NCBI GenBank assembly: GCA_020536535.1
Contig: JAHLWZ010000414.1
Span: forward strand, 1 to 63,152
Length of the DNA stretch: 63,152 nucleotides
Reading direction: 5' to 3'
Source of the DNA: Pelomyxa schiedti
Taxonomy: Eukaryota > Protista > Evosea
The notes under the pieces are model-generated. The model made no database searches. It was not told the origin of the DNA and saw only the letters and a list, made by a program, of their open reading frames with translations. Positions 60,878 to 63,152 of this stretch are shown here, in pieces (the stretch's first letter is position 1; each line of letters starts with the position of its first letter). A program made the position numbers and the translations under genes.

Positions 60878-61660
60878 TCACAGGATGAAACCTGAAAGTT
60901 CCAGCCAAGACTCATGCTGCAGATGCAGTGTGAACAGTGGCTGTTGTGTATCAATGTCAATCAACGTCAAGCTAGCCATGCACCACTGGTTGTTTTGGAA
61001 CAAACCAAGTCCATGTCCAAACGCGAGGCTACTTGAAGGGCATTCAAGGTCATCCGGTTCAATTCTTAGGATTTCTGGACATCCAGGTGATTCAAGATTG
61101 TTGACGTTGCATACATGCAGCTTTGTAGAAACATCCACTTTCACGAACAAGTGAGAGGGGCCAACTTTTGTGGTTCGCTCAACTGATCCATAGCTGAGTT
61201 CAATGTAATTGGAAGTTCCACTTGTGAAGTCATAGCGAGTCGAGTGAAGCCCACTGGTCAAGTGCAAAGAGAGGAGGTAAAGTGACTTGGTGCCTGTAAC
61301 CTCCAAACACTTGCTATTATCAATGCACCCACCAGCCTCTTTTCTTCTATTACCTGCGATTTGCACAACAAATAACCTCCTCCTTCTTCCCCACTCACGC
61401 AACCCCAACACACAATCAGCCACCTCCTCACGAGTGCACAACCACCACCGCACATCAGTGGTGACCGTGCACCACACCTGTCCGACATTGCACCGCACAT
61501 AAGTGTTGTTGCTTGTTCCACAGCGTCCTGCCACAAGTCACACGTGACCAACTTTAGGTCATCACAATTTGTTGCGATAGCATTGGGCGGCAACCCAAAT
61601 CGTCACGTGTTTGCGACGCACGATAAAAAAGAAGGTAAACACGTGCGGTTGCCATCGTGT
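60878..61660 (-). pseudogene. Degenerate hypothetical gene, possibly a distant member of the orphan family
   Basis: 218-codon ORF ending GLGLFQ..LTLIDIDTQQPLFTLHL, resembling the family C-terminus. Upstream MATARVYLLFYRAS segment is separated by a stop. Confidence 0.3.
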
Positions 61661-61985
61661 CCAAGCATAGGTTTTTATTTTCAAAATGACCAGCTGCAAG
61701 CAGGGTATTCCCCCTGAAAAAAAACTTGAATTTGTTTGCGGGGCGTTGGGGGGCCGACAAAAATAAATGGGAGCAGCACCCGTTAAAGTGCCAGTATCAC
61801 CCCTGGAGGTGCCCCACAAGGTGTTGTTGAAGATTACACCAATCAATTTAATACTCTCATTCCGCATGGATTTCCTCCGGTTTTGATTTCCACCACTGAT
61901 TTATTGAAGAGCCGAATGAAAGTGAGGATTAATCTCCCTTTTTGAATAGAGAAATAAGCTACCACCAGGCACTTACTGATATGGA

Positions 61986-62085
61986 NNNNNNNNNNNNNNN
62001 NNNNNNNNNNNNNNNNNNNNNNNNNNNNNNNNNNNNNNNNNNNNNNNNNNNNNNNNNNNNNNNNNNNNNNNNNNNNNNNNNNNNN
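61986..62085. other. Assembly gap (100 N)
   Basis: Seen directly. Confidence 1.
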
Positions 62086-62352
62086 ACTGCATGAGCGAGT
62101 CTGATCAATACTACCGGGTGCATGTGACCAATCCAATCACGGCTGAGCTGGCAACCCTCAAGGACACCTTGCACTGGTGGCTTGGCAATGAGCCTCCCTC
62201 TTTCATTGACGTTGTGGAGTCGTGTTTGGACTTCAACTGCAGTGTCAACTGTCTTGCGAGTTGAGAACCATGTAACCCCAGGCCTGAAGCTTGCCTCCTG
62301 TTTAACACAAAAAATTGTGGGTTTGTGAGGTTACTTACTTGTTCATTACCCA
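62086..62352 (+). repeat. Near-identical second copy of the last exon and 3' UTR of the pectin acetylesterase gene (matches 52285-52560)
   Basis: Direct comparison: 3 substitutions in the coding part, indels in the UTR. Confidence 0.9.
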
Positions 62353-62997
62353 AAAAGTAAAAGATGTAAACGATGATCGCTGGAAAATGCAACAATTCGC
62401 GAGGGGAGCCCACAGTAAACTACGCAACCGAGTGTGCTCAACAAACGTGAGGAGTCAGAAAATCGAGGTATCATCCCCTCGTCAGTATGGACAAACACGT
62501 AGCGATGTTGTCCTCGAGTGGTGCAGTGCCAGCAAATACTACAGTGGACACAGCACTCTGGGCTGGTTCAGAAGGAGGGAAGGAGGTGACGAGGAACTCT
62601 CAGGAGAGTGTTGGGATAGAACTGGACATCACCATATCACACATAAGGTGAGAGGTACAAGGAGAAGTTGGCAACCCTGCAGGACATGGCATACAAACAC
62701 TGAGCAACTGTAAACAAAGAAGTACAACACTGAGGACCACTGATTTTCAACCAGTGTACTACACCAATTACAGACAGCACTTGGCTAGCAGCCAGGAGGG
62801 TGGCACTGGAGGTGTGAGGGGAACCTGCCCGAGGTATACATTGTGTGATGTCACTAATAATAATCTCTCTGTCTAATTCCTGACTGGAATAAGTTCGCCA
62901 GTTTTAACCCTTGGGAAGGATTGTTCCCACCTTATAATACATGCACAGGGGATGAAAAATGGCCCCTGCCTTTTAACACTGAAAACACACAAACACA

Positions 62998-63152
62998 AGA
63001 GGATTTTATTGGGTGCGACGAAGTGTAGAGTGTGTGTTGTGTCGCAGTACATTGTTTGCAATGTCCCGAGTTGTGGACTTGACATAATGTGCAAAGGAGT
63101 ACACGTAGTCTTTTTCTCTCAGAGTGTCCAAGGGGATAGAGACCTAGATTGT
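62998..63152 (-). repeat. Inverted copy of a pectin acetylesterase exon/intron segment (matches about 52061-52213), running off the window end
   Basis: Reverse complement is identical apart from an extra CA in the intron. Confidence 0.9.

Noticed and set aside
1-63152. tRNA, rRNA or intact transposase/reverse transcriptase genes
   Set aside because: None recognisable by eye; tRNAscan-SE, Infernal and RepeatMasker would be needed to exclude them formally.

Overview
Gene-dense eukaryotic genomic scaffold with many short (about 35-250 nt) GT-AG introns, intergenic gaps of 20-250 nt and two 100-N assembly gaps. Roco, actin-fragmin-kinase-like and lineage-expanded QLLALxxAxHxRCG genes suggest an amoebozoan, possibly an archamoeba such as Pelomyxa (inference only). 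About 25 genes or pseudogenes can be supported. The standout is an intronless gene at 6288-8347 encoding a stonustoxin/neoverrucotoxin-type pore-forming toxin (MACPF/CDC-like, FAT-like and thioredoxin-like domains). Its usual C-terminal B30.2/PRYSPRY targeting domain is replaced by a bacteriophage tail-collar/tail-fibre tip domain. A 1-nt frameshift at about 6473 hides its true N-terminus. Also present: a signal peptide-Cache-Ig-TM-cyclic nucleotide phosphodiesterase receptor, a GPI-anchored GH123/DUF4091-like enzyme on a Ser/Thr stalk, a Roco protein with a truncated pseudokinase, a giant internally duplicated polytopic membrane protein, several members of an orphan gene family in different states of decay, and four dispersed pieces of a pectin-acetylesterase/Notum gene. 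All domain calls come from motif recognition by eye, with no database search. Exon boundaries of multi-exon genes are approximate.
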